From: Lama glama
Lineage: Eukaryota
DNA length: 64,000 bases
Reading direction: 5' to 3'
NCBI GenBank assembly: GCA_028534125.1
Contig: CM052818.1
Location: forward strand, 27,654,001-27,718,000
The position numbers and the translations under genes are program-made. Below, in pieces: positions 24,376 to 37,429 of the stretch. The notes under the pieces are model-generated. The model saw nothing but the letters and a program-made list of their open reading frames with translations, searched no databases and was not told where the DNA came from. Within the stretch, counting starts at the first letter, position 1, and the number at the start of each line of letters is the position of its first letter.

Positions 24376-26104
24376 CTCATCACTGCAGTGTGCATAGGAG
24401 GTCCTTGATATAATCCTAATTGACTGTAAAAATTGGGGAGTCACAGTTAATTGGAGGACTGAGGCACCATTAAAACAGGAATGTGAGCTTCTCAATGGGT
24501 GTTGATAATGGATGGACTGGAAAAATCTGAAATAATAGATGAAGATTAAAGAGGCACTGTTTGGATATTGTGGACATGATCTCTACAGAGCTCCAGGATG
24601 AAGTAAACTATACCTTTTTAAATTTCTTGGTCTTTTGGGAGAAAAAGTAAAGGGCAGCAATGTAGGCAGGAAGATAGGAAGTGTATCCGTCGGGGACAAA
24701 ACCCCCAAACCAACAAAAAAACAAGTCTTCCAGACACCAAAGTACAGGCGTCTTCATGTTATCAGGCTGCTTCTAAATTAAATGAAAAATTCTATAGCTC
24801 TTTCCAGTCTGCAGAACATTAGCTGAGCCTTGCTTGGGGGTTCCAATATAGTATTTATCTGCATTTGAAATTCAGGTGGTGATTACTGATGCTCTGCCTG
24901 TGTTTAGGGAGACAGATGTTAAAGGTACCACTTTAGAATCAGGTAAATGTGATTCTCTGATTCCACTGACAGGAAAAAAAAAAGCTTGTCATTGATGCAG
25001 ACAAGTGATTCACCTTTGAGGAGATTCAACTGTATGGAAACTGCCATTCTTTATGACTTTTTAAAAAAACATTTAAAATCACTTAAGTCTAGTTCTTTGA
25101 TGATCCTTTATCACAGAGGGAGACTGTTAGATAACTGAAAAGGGATGAGTCATAATGAGTTTTCACTGATGCATCTTGCCTCTCATCACTAATTCCACTG
25201 ATATCCTATAGGGAGCATAAAGAGCCTTGAAATTCACTGATTGGTGGCATGAAAAGGCTTACATCTGACACACAGTCCTTGACTCTGACCTTTCTTAACT
25301 GGATGGGCTTGCCTAGGGACAGAGAGGAAAATGCCTTTGTTCTCTGACCCTTCTTCCTACAAAAGCTCTAATCCAGTCAATTTTATTCCTGATGGATTGA
25401 AGAATACCCAGATGCCATACCCCATCATTATCCTCCCAGACATTTGTTTCACATTTGCACCTGCTCTCAGTCGCTATCCCATTGGGACAGTTAGAAGACT
25501 TAGATAAACATAGTGTAATTCCACATTTATTGCAAAAGATCTCTTTGTTTCTGATATATTAGCTAGCCCATCATCAGTTCACCTGATATTTAATCTTAAA
25601 ACAGTTTCATGTTTCAGTCCTACAGGCAACTGAGAAATGAGTGTTTAAAAATATTGCAAACAACATAGGGATCTTTTTTTCCCCTCAATTTTTGCATCCT
25701 CAAAGCCTGCAGCGCCTGATGACTATAAAGTGCTCAATAAATGTTTATTGAATCAAATCAAAATCTTAAGCAAATGTCATTACAGAAATGTTTGTAAACA
25801 TTTATAGATTTTAAAGATATATTTATATTTAGATAACTTCATGAATTTTGGGAGAGTCTGATTAGGACACTGCTGAATTAATACGTTACTCCACTGAAAT
25901 GGAATTGAGAATTCTGATGACCATAACCATCTGGAAGCAAAACCAGAATTCACTGTGAACAAAGATTTCTAAATAACAGGAAGGAAAAAAAAGCTGTCCC
26001 CAGGCCTATGCACACTGCAGGAGAGGTATAAAGTGTTAAAATTACTGAATTAAAGAGCTTGGTCTTTAGTTTGCTTCTTAATCTTCAATTCTTCTGGTTC
26101 AAGG

Positions 26105-26737
26105 TGAGACAGGATGGAAGGGGGCAGGGCACAGCCATTCAAGGAATGCTACAACAATTAACATCAAAATGGTGAAAGATTCAACCCCCAGTAGGCCTTG
26201 AGGCTCAAGATGATGGGAGATTTAACTTCTAGTAGATCTTGAGCTTCATTATACACTCATTGTAATATATAAGCATGGTGAATAACATGCCCACAGGCAC
26301 CATGGCAGTCCCAAGGCTAGCCACAAAAGGTCAGAATGGAAAATGGCCAACTTCCTGGGAATCCCAACCCCTTCCCCAGGCTACTTAGACTGGTCCTTCC
26401 ACTTATTAGCATATGAAGCCACAAAGTCCATAAAAACTGACAACATGGCAGTTTGCCGCTGCCTCTCTCTCTCTCCTTTCGGAGACAGCCCACACTCTGT
26501 CTATGGAGTGTGTACCGGCTTTTAATCTGAGCACCCAACCCCCCAAAGCTCATGGCCTTTCTCTTGCCTTTCAATGTATCTCTTTGAGTAAATCTACCTT
26601 TACTCAACCGTGGCTCACTCTTAAATTCTTTCCTGTGCAAAGCCACGGACCCACACTTTGCGGGGCACGTCCCAGGGGCTCAACCAAAGCCTGGGGCATG
26701 GCCTTCCTCACATCCTACAACCGTTTTTCCTGCAACA
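26105..26737 (+). mobile_element. Complete ERV1-class solo LTR (633 bp)
   Basis: TG...CA termini with a perfect 4 bp TSD AAGG (26101-26104 and 26738-26741). TATA-like CATAAAAA at about 26430 and variant poly(A) signal AGTAAA at 26587-26592. Confidence 0.88.
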
Positions 26738-26794
26738 AAGGGAAGATAAGATATTTGTTCTATTACGAAGTCAATGGTAGAGGTGAGAAAACAG

Positions 26795-27020
26795 AGCTGT
26801 GTTGAGCCATGTTGGAGCCTAAGGCAAAAGGAAAAATTAGTAATATTGCCGCTGATTTTTTAAAATGATACTTTGTTCATCATGGATTTTATTTACTAAT
26901 TTTGACTTTCAAAGCTATTTTATTAAAAGATTATTCATCTGGATTACTGAGTTTTTTATTTTCCCTTAGATTTTGCACCTAAGGTCAGTACCTCACTTGC
27001 CATAGCCTAGTCCCAGCCCA
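26795..27020 (-). mobile_element. ORSL-like hAT-Tip100 element
   Basis: GAGCCATGTTGGAGCCTAAGGCAAAAGGAAAAATTAGTAATA...TTGTTCATCATGGATTTT...CCTAGTCCCAGCCC matches the recalled ORSL consensus. Confidence 0.7.
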
Positions 27021-27214
27021 GGATGTGACAGTGGAGATGTTATTTTTCTGGCTGGTATAATTTAGAAAATACTTAACTTCACATCTTAATGTGATGCTGA
27101 GTCATTAAGGAACAAATGTAAAAATATTCAATGTATTATTTTTAATAAGGGAGGGAAAATGTCCTGTTCTAGAAAGATACCTTTCAGATGGAAATAAAAT
27201 TATAAAAGCTTTTT

Positions 27215-27650
27215 AGTTAGAAATGCTCTCAGCTATAAGTGATGGCATATTCAACTTCTAGAGGCTTAAAATTATGAATCTGTTTTTCTCACATAGTAAG
27301 TGGTCTGGAAGTAGTTAGCTGCGGAATTCCTGCCCTTGGTTTCTTAATGCCTTGTGGTTGTAAAATAGCTACTTCTCTTCTGGCAATTTCTTGTTTTTCG
27401 ATGCAAAAAGAAGGGGAAAGAAACTTGCTAAGAGTACTTATATGCCCTTTATTGGGGTGCCCATGCCCTCTCAGAGGGCACACCAACATACCTTTACTCA
27501 CGTCCCCTTTCAGAATAACCAACCCTATCTCCTAAGGAGGCTGGGAAAGCCAATTCTGACATGGACCCAGTCACATTCCTGCCCTGAACAAAAGGGTCTT
27601 AAGCAAGAAGGAAATAGATACTGATTTATGAGCTAAGAGTGTCTTTGACA
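27215..27650 (-). mobile_element. MLT1J/K-like MaLR LTR remnant
   Basis: AGTTAGAAATGCTCTCAGCTATAAGTGA...TTTTTCTCACATAGTAAG.GGTCTGGAAGTAG...AAGGAGGCTGGGAAA. Confidence 0.6.
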
Positions 27651-28260
27651 GAGTCCTAATGTGAGTTAGCTTCTAAAGAATTATTGTAAATGATGCTTTA
27701 ACTACTTGATGTGAAACATGATCTGTTGTCTTTGTAAACTCATCTTCAAGAAAGCCATTCATAAAATTGTTCTTTGTAGAGACTTTGTGGGTTTTATTAT
27801 TTTTTATTTAGGAAGTCCCCAATGCCATTTCCCTAATATTCCCACTAATCAATCTTAAAGTGTAAGTGACAAATATGTCTATGTACAGATCTGCCAGAAA
27901 GAATAAATGGATGGGATGTGTTAGCAACTGTATTTGAATATTGATTTCTGTGAGTTTGATTTTGTTATCTTGCTGTGCTTTAGGCAACAAGCTCTCATCC
28001 AACAGCATCTGGGGTTCAAATATCAATCCACTGGCCTTCCTTTTCGACTAAGCTGAAACATATATTAGGCTGGCCTCTTCAGACCATTTGCATATGATAG
28101 TGTTTTCAAGCAAACGATTTCCTACCAGAAAACAATAGAGGTGCAATATATTTAGTTACTCTTTTACAAGGTACACTTCTACGAATTGGTGTTTAGTTCA
28201 TAGATTTTTTTACCTTTAAAATTGTAAATACCACCACATGCTTTTTTAACAATTCAATTA

Positions 28261-28639
28261 CAGATGCTCCTCAACTTACAATGGGGTTGAGTTCAGCTAA
28301 ACCCCTAGTAAGTGGAAAATATCATTAGTCAAAAATGCATTTAATACACTTAACCTACATCATCATAGCTTAGCCTAGTCTACCTTAAATGTGCCCTAAC
28401 ACAGTGCACCACAGAGAATGTTATTCACCTTCGTGAGCATGTGGCTGACTGGGAGCTGCAACTTTCTGCCACTGCCCAGCATCACCAAGATAGCATTTTG
28501 CTGCATGCTGCTAGCCCAGGGAAAAAGATCAAAATTCAAAATTCAGAAGTACAGTTTCTACTGAATACACACACCTTTTTCCACCATCAAAAAGTGGAAA
28601 AAACCACAAGTCAAACCATCAAAAGTCAGGGACCATCTG
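28261..28639 (+). mobile_element. MER47/Tigger5-type TcMar-Tigger non-autonomous element
   Basis: Terminal inverted repeats (TIRs) CAGATGCTCCTCAACTTACAATGG and CCATCAAAAGTCAGGGACCATCTG, with a TA TSD on both sides (28259-28260 and 28640-28641). Confidence 0.88.
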
Positions 28640-29999
28640 TATGTGATAATCAGCCATATACATAATTATGTGGATGAATTTTCCATAGAATAAGATACTA
28701 TTTCTTCTCTATTTTCTAGTTTCTGAATCATAGAGATACAATCAGCAAAAGTTCAGCTGACCCGTTGGGCTCTCCAGAAGTCCGACAGGTTTAGAGAGTT
28801 CAGGGATCAAGTTCTGGGAGCACAGGCAATCCCTATAGACTACTTCAGAGATCTTCCTGAAAGAAAGTGTCACGTACTAAAATAGCCACATATCATGGAA
28901 ATTAACACAATGGATTTTTGTTTCGTTTGTTGGTTCGTTTCATGTTAGGATTACTTTTGTACCTTGAGAGAACATTATGAGTTGAGTGACCTGTCCTGTA
29001 GTAGAACCTAGCATGTGCTGAGGTGCAAAAGACCTGGTTTAGCTAAATGACTCTGCTAATATGTACAGTGACCTTGGGTTAGTTTCTCCATCCTCGGGGC
29101 TTGGTGTACTTACTCACAAAATGGGTGTTTTTTTTTTTTAATAATTTCTTTCTTGAATCTAATCTTATAGAGAAGCTTACAGAAAAATTTCTTATAGAGA
29201 AATATTTGGATGGATGAAAGCAGATCTACTCTGCTTAAAATTAGGCAGAGGGTTATCCCCAAACCCTGTCTACTGAGACTTTCTGGTAGATCCTGCCTTA
29301 GCATTTGAAATTCTGCTGCAAAATCTTAGGCTTCAGGGGTATGACTGTAAACACTCCCGAGGGAAACTGAATGAAAACTGTGAATAAGATCATAGGGATA
29401 AATCAAAATTCATTTTTGTTTTCATTTTCCTGACTTCTCTTATTTTCCTTTCTAATTTTGGGGGGTTCCTTAGAAGCCCCAGGAAATTGCTTTCATGGTT
29501 CACCTTATTATTGCTTGAATTAACTTGTTTGTGAATATATAATTATCCTCATTCAAATTATTTTTTCTCTGCATGTCACATCCACTCACTTTCATGGACA
29601 TGTAGATACAACATCTGCATCAGCAATTTTATTTTAATTATCTAACCTTCTTATTGTGCATAGAGCAAAAATGTATGCGTCAATGAGTCTGTCACAAAGC
29701 AGCCACCCATGGAATCCCCACACAGTGAAAGAAGTTGAACACTGACAGATTTCTAGAAATGAAACTAATGACTCCTTGCACCCGCCCCCCTACCATTCAA
29801 CACCCCCATCATTGTTTGCTCCCTTTGTCATTCTGGCTCCAGACGGTAATGGGGCACCTCTGTTTCCAGATCTGAAGCTTCATCATTCCTCTTTGGTTCC
29901 CCTCTCCCTGCCTCCCTGCGCCTCTTTATTCACCTCTCTTCAATTAAACTGCTTGCATTTGCTCCTGTCAGGAATCTGAATGATACAAAACCCTGCAGA

Positions 30000-32900
30000 A
30001 TGTTTAATAGAAGTGGTATTAGCAGTTTCAGGAAAAGGCTTCTTAACATTTCATGATTAAATATGATGCTTGCTGAGGGTGTTTTCTAATAGATACGATT
30101 TATCAGATTAAGGATGCTCCCTTCTATTCCTAATTTGCTATATACATTTTTATCATGAATGGATACTGGATTTTATCAAGCCATTTTTCTGCAATGATTG
30201 AGACTATCATGTGATTTCTCTCCTTGATTCTGTCGATGTTTGAATTGCATTAATAGCATTTTGAATGTTAAGTTCTGTTGAGTTCCTAAAATAAAGCAGT
30301 TTGGTCTGGTGTGTTATTTCCTTTCTAAAAAATTACTGAATTTAATTTGCATATATCTTGTTTAGGATTTTTCCATCTATATATTGAGTAAGATTTAGCC
30401 ATATTTTCACTCCATTTAATATATACATTCTAAAGCTCTAAATTATTCTCCATGCTAACCATTAGTTGTATGGTGCAGGCTTTGATATATAGTGTATTTG
30501 TCATTACCATTCAGTTCAAAATATTTTTCTAATTTAAATGTTGATAGTTTTATCACCATGGGTTATTTGGAACTGTATTTCTTAATTTCAAACTATGATG
30601 ATTTTCTAGTTCCTTCATGTTATTAATTTCTAACTAAATGGCATTTTTGTCAGAAACCATATACTACATGATTTTAATTTTTTGAAATTTGTTGGTGCTT
30701 CCTTATTATTATGCAGAATATGGTTAATTTTTATAAATGTCCTGTATATTTTTAAGAATGTTTACTCTGCAATTGTTGGGTAAATTGTTCTATATATACA
30801 TAATAGGTAAAATTAATTGTGCTATTCCAATATTTATATTCTTATTGAATTTTTGTCTTCTATCAATTACTGAGAGAGATGTGTTAAAAAAATTTCCAAT
30901 ATGATTGTGGAATTGTTTATTTCTTCTTTGACTCCTGTGAAGATTTTGCTTCAAAGATTTGCAGCTACTTTATTAGGGGCAAAAGTATAAAATTTTTTAT
31001 CATCCTGGTTAATCAAATATTTTACCTCTGTGATACGTACTTCCTTCTCTCCAGTAATCCTTTTTGTCCTTAACATTTGCTTTGATATTAATGTAGTGAC
31101 CTCTGCTTTTCTTTTGGTTAATGTTTTCAAGATCTTCTTCCATTCTTTGCTCTTCAAGTTAACTATATCCTTCTTGTTTAATGAACAACACATAAAGTTA
31201 TTTGAAAATGCATTCTGGCAATACATGTCTTTGAATTGGAACACCTAGTTCATTTAATGTAATCACTTATATATTTTGGTTTAAACTTGTAATCTTAAGT
31301 GTTCTGTGTTATTTTCTCTTTTCCTCCTGTCTATTTATACATTCTATTATTTTTCCTGTGTGCTCGTAAGATGTACTTTCTTTTACCATCCTCTCAGTGA
31401 TTACCTAGAGAGTATAATAAGTATCTAATTTATCAACGGCTAATGTTACTTGGCACTTTTACCCAAACAATGTAAGGGAACAGTTCAATTCTCTCTATCC
31501 TCTTCCAATCTACATGCTATTGTTGTCTTGTATTTTATTTCATTTTGTATTTTAATCTCAAGGCATTACTAATATTGGTTTATTCAGTCAATATGAATTT
31601 ACATTTTCCTGAAAACTTGTTATTTTAATACCTCTTTTTCCTTTTTCATTATTCTTCTGCCCATAAAATACCTTTAGTATTTATTATAGAGTGGGTTCAG
31701 TTATGATACATTCTCTCATAACACCTACTTATAGTTACCTTGCTATTTTCACTTGAAACAGGATTATACATTATCTGAGCTTCCCTCCCCAGCATGTTGA
31801 AGATGTTCTATGTCTTTTGAATTTTATCGTTTTTGTTGAGGAGTCAGTGGGCACTCTAACTGTTGCTCCTTAAAAGACAAGTCTATCTGTCTTTCAGTCT
31901 CTCTCTCGCTTTCACCTCTTTTAAGCTGTTTCTAAGATTTTCTTTTTGGCATTCAGTAATTCTGATATGTTTGCCTATATTTAATTAAATTTTATTTTAT
32001 TATTTTAATTTTTCATCTTACTTGATGTTCTCAGGGTTTCTGGATTCTGTGGCTTTATGCTTGATGTTTCTCATTATTTTTGGAAAAAATATCAGCTATT
32101 ACCTCTTCACTGCTCCTTCTGTCTCATCCTCTCTTCTCTGCTACTCCAAATATATGCATTTTAGACCTATGATTATATGCTGTATGTCTATTTCTCTTAT
32201 TTTTAATTACTCTTCTCTCTTTATATTTCCTGTGAAGCATTTTTTCCCCAATGTGTGGTCTAGGATATCAATGATCTATTCAGCTATGTTTAATCTGGCT
32301 ATTAAACCTATCCACTGAGTTCTTTTTTTTTGGTTATTTTATTTTTCAGTTCTAGAATTTACATTTGGTGCTCTTTCAATAGTTTTACATTTAATGCTAA
32401 ATTTTTAAATCTAGTCTTTTATTTCTTGAACACAGTAAGTGTAGATTTTTGAAAGTCTATGATGATTTGAGTACATTGAGCTCCTATGGGTTTTTTTCTG
32501 TTGTCTATTTTTTTCTGTTGTTTTTGTTCCTCATCCTCAAATGGCTTGTTGTTCATGATTACATGCCAGACATTATATTCGCAAAATTGCTTTTAGAAAT
32601 AATGTGTGACCTAAGATAATGTTATCTCCTTCCAAAGAAGGATTTATAGTTCGCTTCTGCCAGATACCTGAGGGCACTGCTGATTTAGGAACACTTCAAT
32701 CCAACTTTAAGAGATAAAAATGATTTGAAAATGAGCTGTAGTCCCTGTGAAGACCTGTCTACTTTCTCCTTCTAGCTCATTCTTACTCCTGGTTGTAACT
32801 CTTTTGTGGTTCCAATCCAAAGGAAGGGGGAGTGACCAGGGCCCCATTAGTAGATTATGGTTTCTGATCTCTATCCCTCTAGCCCCAGAAGATGACCTAA

Positions 32901-33130
32901 ACACTTCTTATCTTCTCAGCCATCCTCTCTGAAATTGACAGGTGTTACCAAAGAAAAGGAGCTTGAAAAGCTGGACTCCCTTTCCTGGGTGTCTGTACTC
33001 TCTCATGTCGAGTCCTCTTGGTACACTATCTCATTGCCTCTCTTATGTCTATTTTTTTCAACTCTTCCAAGTGGCAAGACTAGTTTGAATTACCTAGTCT
33101 GCTGTTACCAGAGGTGGCTATCCCAATGAT
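30000..33130 (-). mobile_element. Old L1ME-type LINE-1 (5' region, ORF1 and ORF2 remnants)
   Basis: ORF 30951-31244(-) NLKSKEWKKI...RKAEVTTLIS...KRITGEKE...INQDD...APN is a decayed L1 endonuclease segment. The L1 antisense signature TCCCTTCTATTCCTAATTTGCT lies at about 30120. Confidence 0.8.
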
Positions 33131-34413
33131 TGTGTACATATTATTTTTTTGCCCTGATAATTAATTGTCCATGCAATTTTTGGAGTAGTCCCTTTATTAG
33201 TACACCTAGGAATATGTGAAATAGTAGGCATACACCCTTACCAAGAGTTATTATATTAAAAAATTTCATTCCCATGGGAAAAAACTTGGCTATAGGGTAT
33301 AAGCTCTATAAGCGGCATCGATATTCTTGAGAATTCCTGGAGACTTTAAGCTCAGTTCAGCTCACCTCAAAATGATTATGTAAGCCCTCTTAAACTGATG
33401 TCAAGCTAGGAGGTGTGACTTGTTTATGTTTCCAGGCTGTCCATCTTCCCAAATTTCCAAAGAGCCCTTTATGTGCATTGACTTCTGTTCCCTTCAGAAA
33501 TCCAACTGAATATATTCTCAAAGGAGCACATAGCACAACTATCTCAGGGCTAGCCTTCATCTATGTAATCCATCTTAGCATAGGAATATCCACTGAAACC
33601 TATCCCAGACAATCTTAGTTCCTTTTCTACTTTCACTGGCTCTAACTCCCCACTGGTCTATAGAACTCTCAGTTTACTTTTTTTATTTTTCCATTCCAAG
33701 AATCCACAGGTAACACAGTAGTCACTGCTTGCCCACCCTGGTATTAAATAAATCACCAACATTCTATTTAGTTTTATCAGAAGAGACGGCAGCCATTTCT
33801 TTTACTGGTCTTTACCACCCTGTTTCTCTCTCCCTTGTGACTTTTACTTGACCCAAGACAGACATTTCTGGTCCCCAGTATCATCTTCTCTTTATTTTTG
33901 GCCAGTTCTCCGAGATCCTTGCTTGCAAAATTTCTCCAAAATCTACTTCTTAAAAAATCAGATCAGTCACCTATACTTCAATTAAAAATAAACAAAGCAA
34001 GCAAACAAAAAAACCTAATACAAAACACAACCATTCTCACTTACTTCCTTTCTTGTCCTTATGTTTTTAGTAGCCAATGCCAAAGCATGGCCTAGAAGCT
34101 GTGGCATCCAGTGCTTTGGTGTACTCTCACCTGGGAGAGACCACTGCTGCTTTTAACATAAGTTGCTGCCTATTACATGCAAATGACTAACATCTGTAGC
34201 TCCAGCTTAGACCTCTCCTCTGAACTCAAGAGCTGTATACTCAACTATGCCTTGACACATCCTTTAAGTATTCCAAAGGTACTTTAAACTTCACATATTT
34301 AAAAACAAAATAATCTTTTCCCACACCTCACTCTTTTCCAGTCATTTGTATTTAAATAAATATCATTATCGTTAATTTCCCTTTTAAGAAATGTATTTGA
34401 AGTTTAAAAAAAA

Positions 34414-35460
34414 TTAGTAGACTTTATTTTTTAGAGCAGTTTTTGATTTAGAGAAAAACTGAATAGAAATATATGCGGAGTTCCCTTATACTCCCTTTCC
34501 TCCTGCCCTCATTTTACCCTGTTACTAATGCTTTGCTGTGATGCAGTACATTTGTTACAACTGATGAGCCAATTATTATTAACTAAATTTCATAGTTTAC
34601 ATTAGGGTTCACTCTTTGTACTGTATTATTCCATGGGTTTTGCTAAATGTGTAATATCACGTATCCACCATTACAGCATCATACAGAATACTTTCACTGC
34701 CCTGGAAATACCCTGTACTCTGCCTATGGATCCCGCCATCCCTCATCCTGCTTCCTACCTCCTGCAACCACTGATTTAATCTTTTTATTGTCTCCACAGT
34801 TTTACCTTTTCTAGAATGTCATATAATTGATTCCATAAAAGTATATTGCCTTTTCACACTGACTTCTTTCACTTAGCAATATGCATTTAAGATTCCTCCA
34901 TGTCTTTTTGTAGCTTGATAGACCATTTCTTTTTGTTGTTTTTTTTTGCGGAGGGGGTAATTAGGTTTGTTGGTTTGTTTGTTTCATTTATTTTTTTAAT
35001 GGAGGTACTGAAGATTGAACCTCAGACCTTGTGCATGCTAAGTCTGCACTCTACCACTGAGCTATACCCTCCTCCTCATCATTTCTTTTTATTGTTAAAT
35101 AATATTCCATTGTATGGAAGTACCACAGTTTCACCTATTGAAGGACATCTTGGTTGCTTCTAATTTTTGGCAATTATGAATAAAGCTATTGTAAACATTA
35201 GTGCACAGGTTTTTATGTGAATATAATTCTTCATTTCATTTGGATAAATGCCTAGGAACACAGTTGCTAGATCTTATGTTAAGACTATGCTTAGCTTTGT
35301 AAGAAACTGCCAAACTGTCTTCCAAAGTAGCTGTACCATTTAGCATTCCTACCAGCAATGAATGAGAGTTCCTGCTGCTCCACATTCTTTCCAGCTTTTG
35401 GCATTGTTGTGTTTTGCATTTTAGTCATTCTAATAGGCATGCAGTGGTTACCTCATTGTT
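34414..35460 (-). mobile_element. L1MC1-like L1 3' portion
   Basis: TAGACTTTATTTTTTAGAGCAGTTTT...; TTGTAAGAAACTGCCAAACTGTCTTCCAAAGTAGCTGTACCATTTAGCATTCCTACCAGCAATGAATGAGAGTTCC. Confidence 0.9.
34935..35075 (-). mobile_element. tRNA-derived SINE (Vic-1-like), third copy, nested in L1MC1
   Basis: GGAGGTACTGAAGATTGAACC...CTCTACCACTGAGCTATACCCTCC. TSD CATTTCTTTTT at 34924-34934 and 35080-35090. Confidence 0.92.
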
Positions 35461-37429
35461 GGCATCCACCTACTTCTACAAAGCAGAATCTTTAGCCCTC
35501 TTTGACACCTTTCTCTCCCTTAGCTCTTATCACTAATCTCTTTTGTGGATTTTCCTTCTGCATATCTTCCATTTTATCTACTCTCCATCTTCATCGCTGC
35601 TACCCTAGTCCAATCCATCAATCATTACCTCTAGATTACCTCAAAGCTCTCTTGCACCCTAAATAATGCAACCATAGCAATCTTTTCAAAAAGTAAATCT
35701 GATCACATTGCATCATCCCCCAAACTTGCTGGAAACTTCTCAATAGATTTGCATTGTGCTAAGATAAAACCAGATTATTTTTTGTCCTGACCTACAATGT
35801 TCTGTATGGCTGTCCCCTACTTGTTCAGTCTCATCTGGAATCATGCCTCTGCACTCCCTGCACTAATCCTGCTGGTCCTATTGAGAGTCTTGAAAACACT
35901 TCTTAAGACATTCTGTTTCTTCTGCTAATTCTGATCCTCATCACCACCAAGCCCCTCTTTACCCCATTCCCTTTGCCCAGTTTGTTCCTACTCATCCTTT
36001 CACTGTAAGTACAAGTGTTATACATTAGGGAAGGCTCCCCCGAGCTCACCAAAGAGGTGGGTTCTCCTGTTATTCTCGCATGATACCATATATTTTATGC
36101 GCAGATTGTAACCATACATTTGTCTTTATGATTATTTGATTGATGTCTGTCTCCCACACTACATTCTAAGTTTGAGGAGGGGTTTGCATGTTTGTTTATG
36201 TATTCATTTCTTTAAAATCAGTACAACCTCAGCAACTAACACACAGCATGTCACCAAGTAGATGTCTCATACAAATGTGCTGAACAGATACTTTGTCCTG
36301 GAGAATAGTGAGATTTATTAGTCAGAAATCAAAATTTAGGGACTTATGAGCTATACAGTCAAAGAAATCTAGCTGGTAAATGGATATAAGGCAAAATAGA
36401 AAAAGAGGGAAGAAAAAGAAAGCTATCATTTTAGATGCATAATATTTTCTTTTTCTCCTCACACTTAAGGAACCTGTAACGGAGGTAATAACCACTTAGG
36501 TGAAGCTTCAGGGATCTTAAAAATGGTGGCAATCAAAAAAAAAAATCTTTGATTAAAAAAACCCTAACTGCTGCTTTTGTTTCCTCTATCCTATAAATAC
36601 AAGAGGTTTTTCAGTTTTTCCCATTTGGATGAAATACAGAATCTGTGGTTTTTAATCAGCCCTGTCCATGTGCATTAATGCTTCCTTAATGGTGATGCCT
36701 CTCTACTTGTATTATCCCCAAGTTAAAAGAACACAAGCGCATGTGTGTGTAAGCCCAACAGGTTACAAGAACGTAATAGAAAACAGCCCATTGTCATCCT
36801 TTCAAGCCCATTCCCAGATGTCTTTTCCTTGCACTGAGGTTATTTGCATGTGTTGAGATTTTGGCTAAATCTTGGACCACATTGTGCCTTTATAGTATTA
36901 CTCACTCTAAATAAAGGATCTGCATTTCCTCTGAGATCTGCAAAGTAGCCAGCACAAGCCACCATACCTTAAGCAAGCTTATGAATTACTAATTAAGGCA
37001 ACGAGAAATAAGTGTGCTCTGAGATGTTTCTTTTCTCTCAAGAATCATCATGAAGCCTTTGGATGTGCATCCCTAAGCACTGATATAAGTGTAGTCACTG
37101 TGAAGTCTTCTGGTAATGCTGGCTTAGCCTGAAGCTGTGTATTTATGCTCAAAACCTTGCTGGCCATGGCTGGGAATATACCGGTTTGCAGAGAAATATT
37201 AACAAAGTCTTTGGTGAGACACTGTTTATTTCAGTGGAGGCTGCCATTCATTTGTCAGTTCACATCAACATTTCTAAAATATTTTTGGACACCAGTTACA
37301 TATGCCAAGCATAGAACTAGCATGTGGACATAAAAGTAATTTCCTTAGCTTACAAATTATAACGGACCTACATGTACAATGGGCTATGTACTATGTGAGA
37401 AAGAAGCCTCAATTAATAAGTGTGTTCTG

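Larger units (their letters stand above)
33690..36290 (+). mobile_element. L2 LINE, interrupted by L1MC1 at 34414-35460
   Basis: TCCAGCTTAGACCTCTCCTCTGAACTC; AAATCTGATCACATTGC; TGTCTGTCTCCCACACTAC; 3' end GTAGATGTCTCATACAAATGTGCTGAA. Confidence 0.72.

Noticed and set aside
30951..31244. Functional L1 endonuclease ORF
   Set aside because: Heavily diverged and short, with stops and frameshifts in the flanking L1 sequence.
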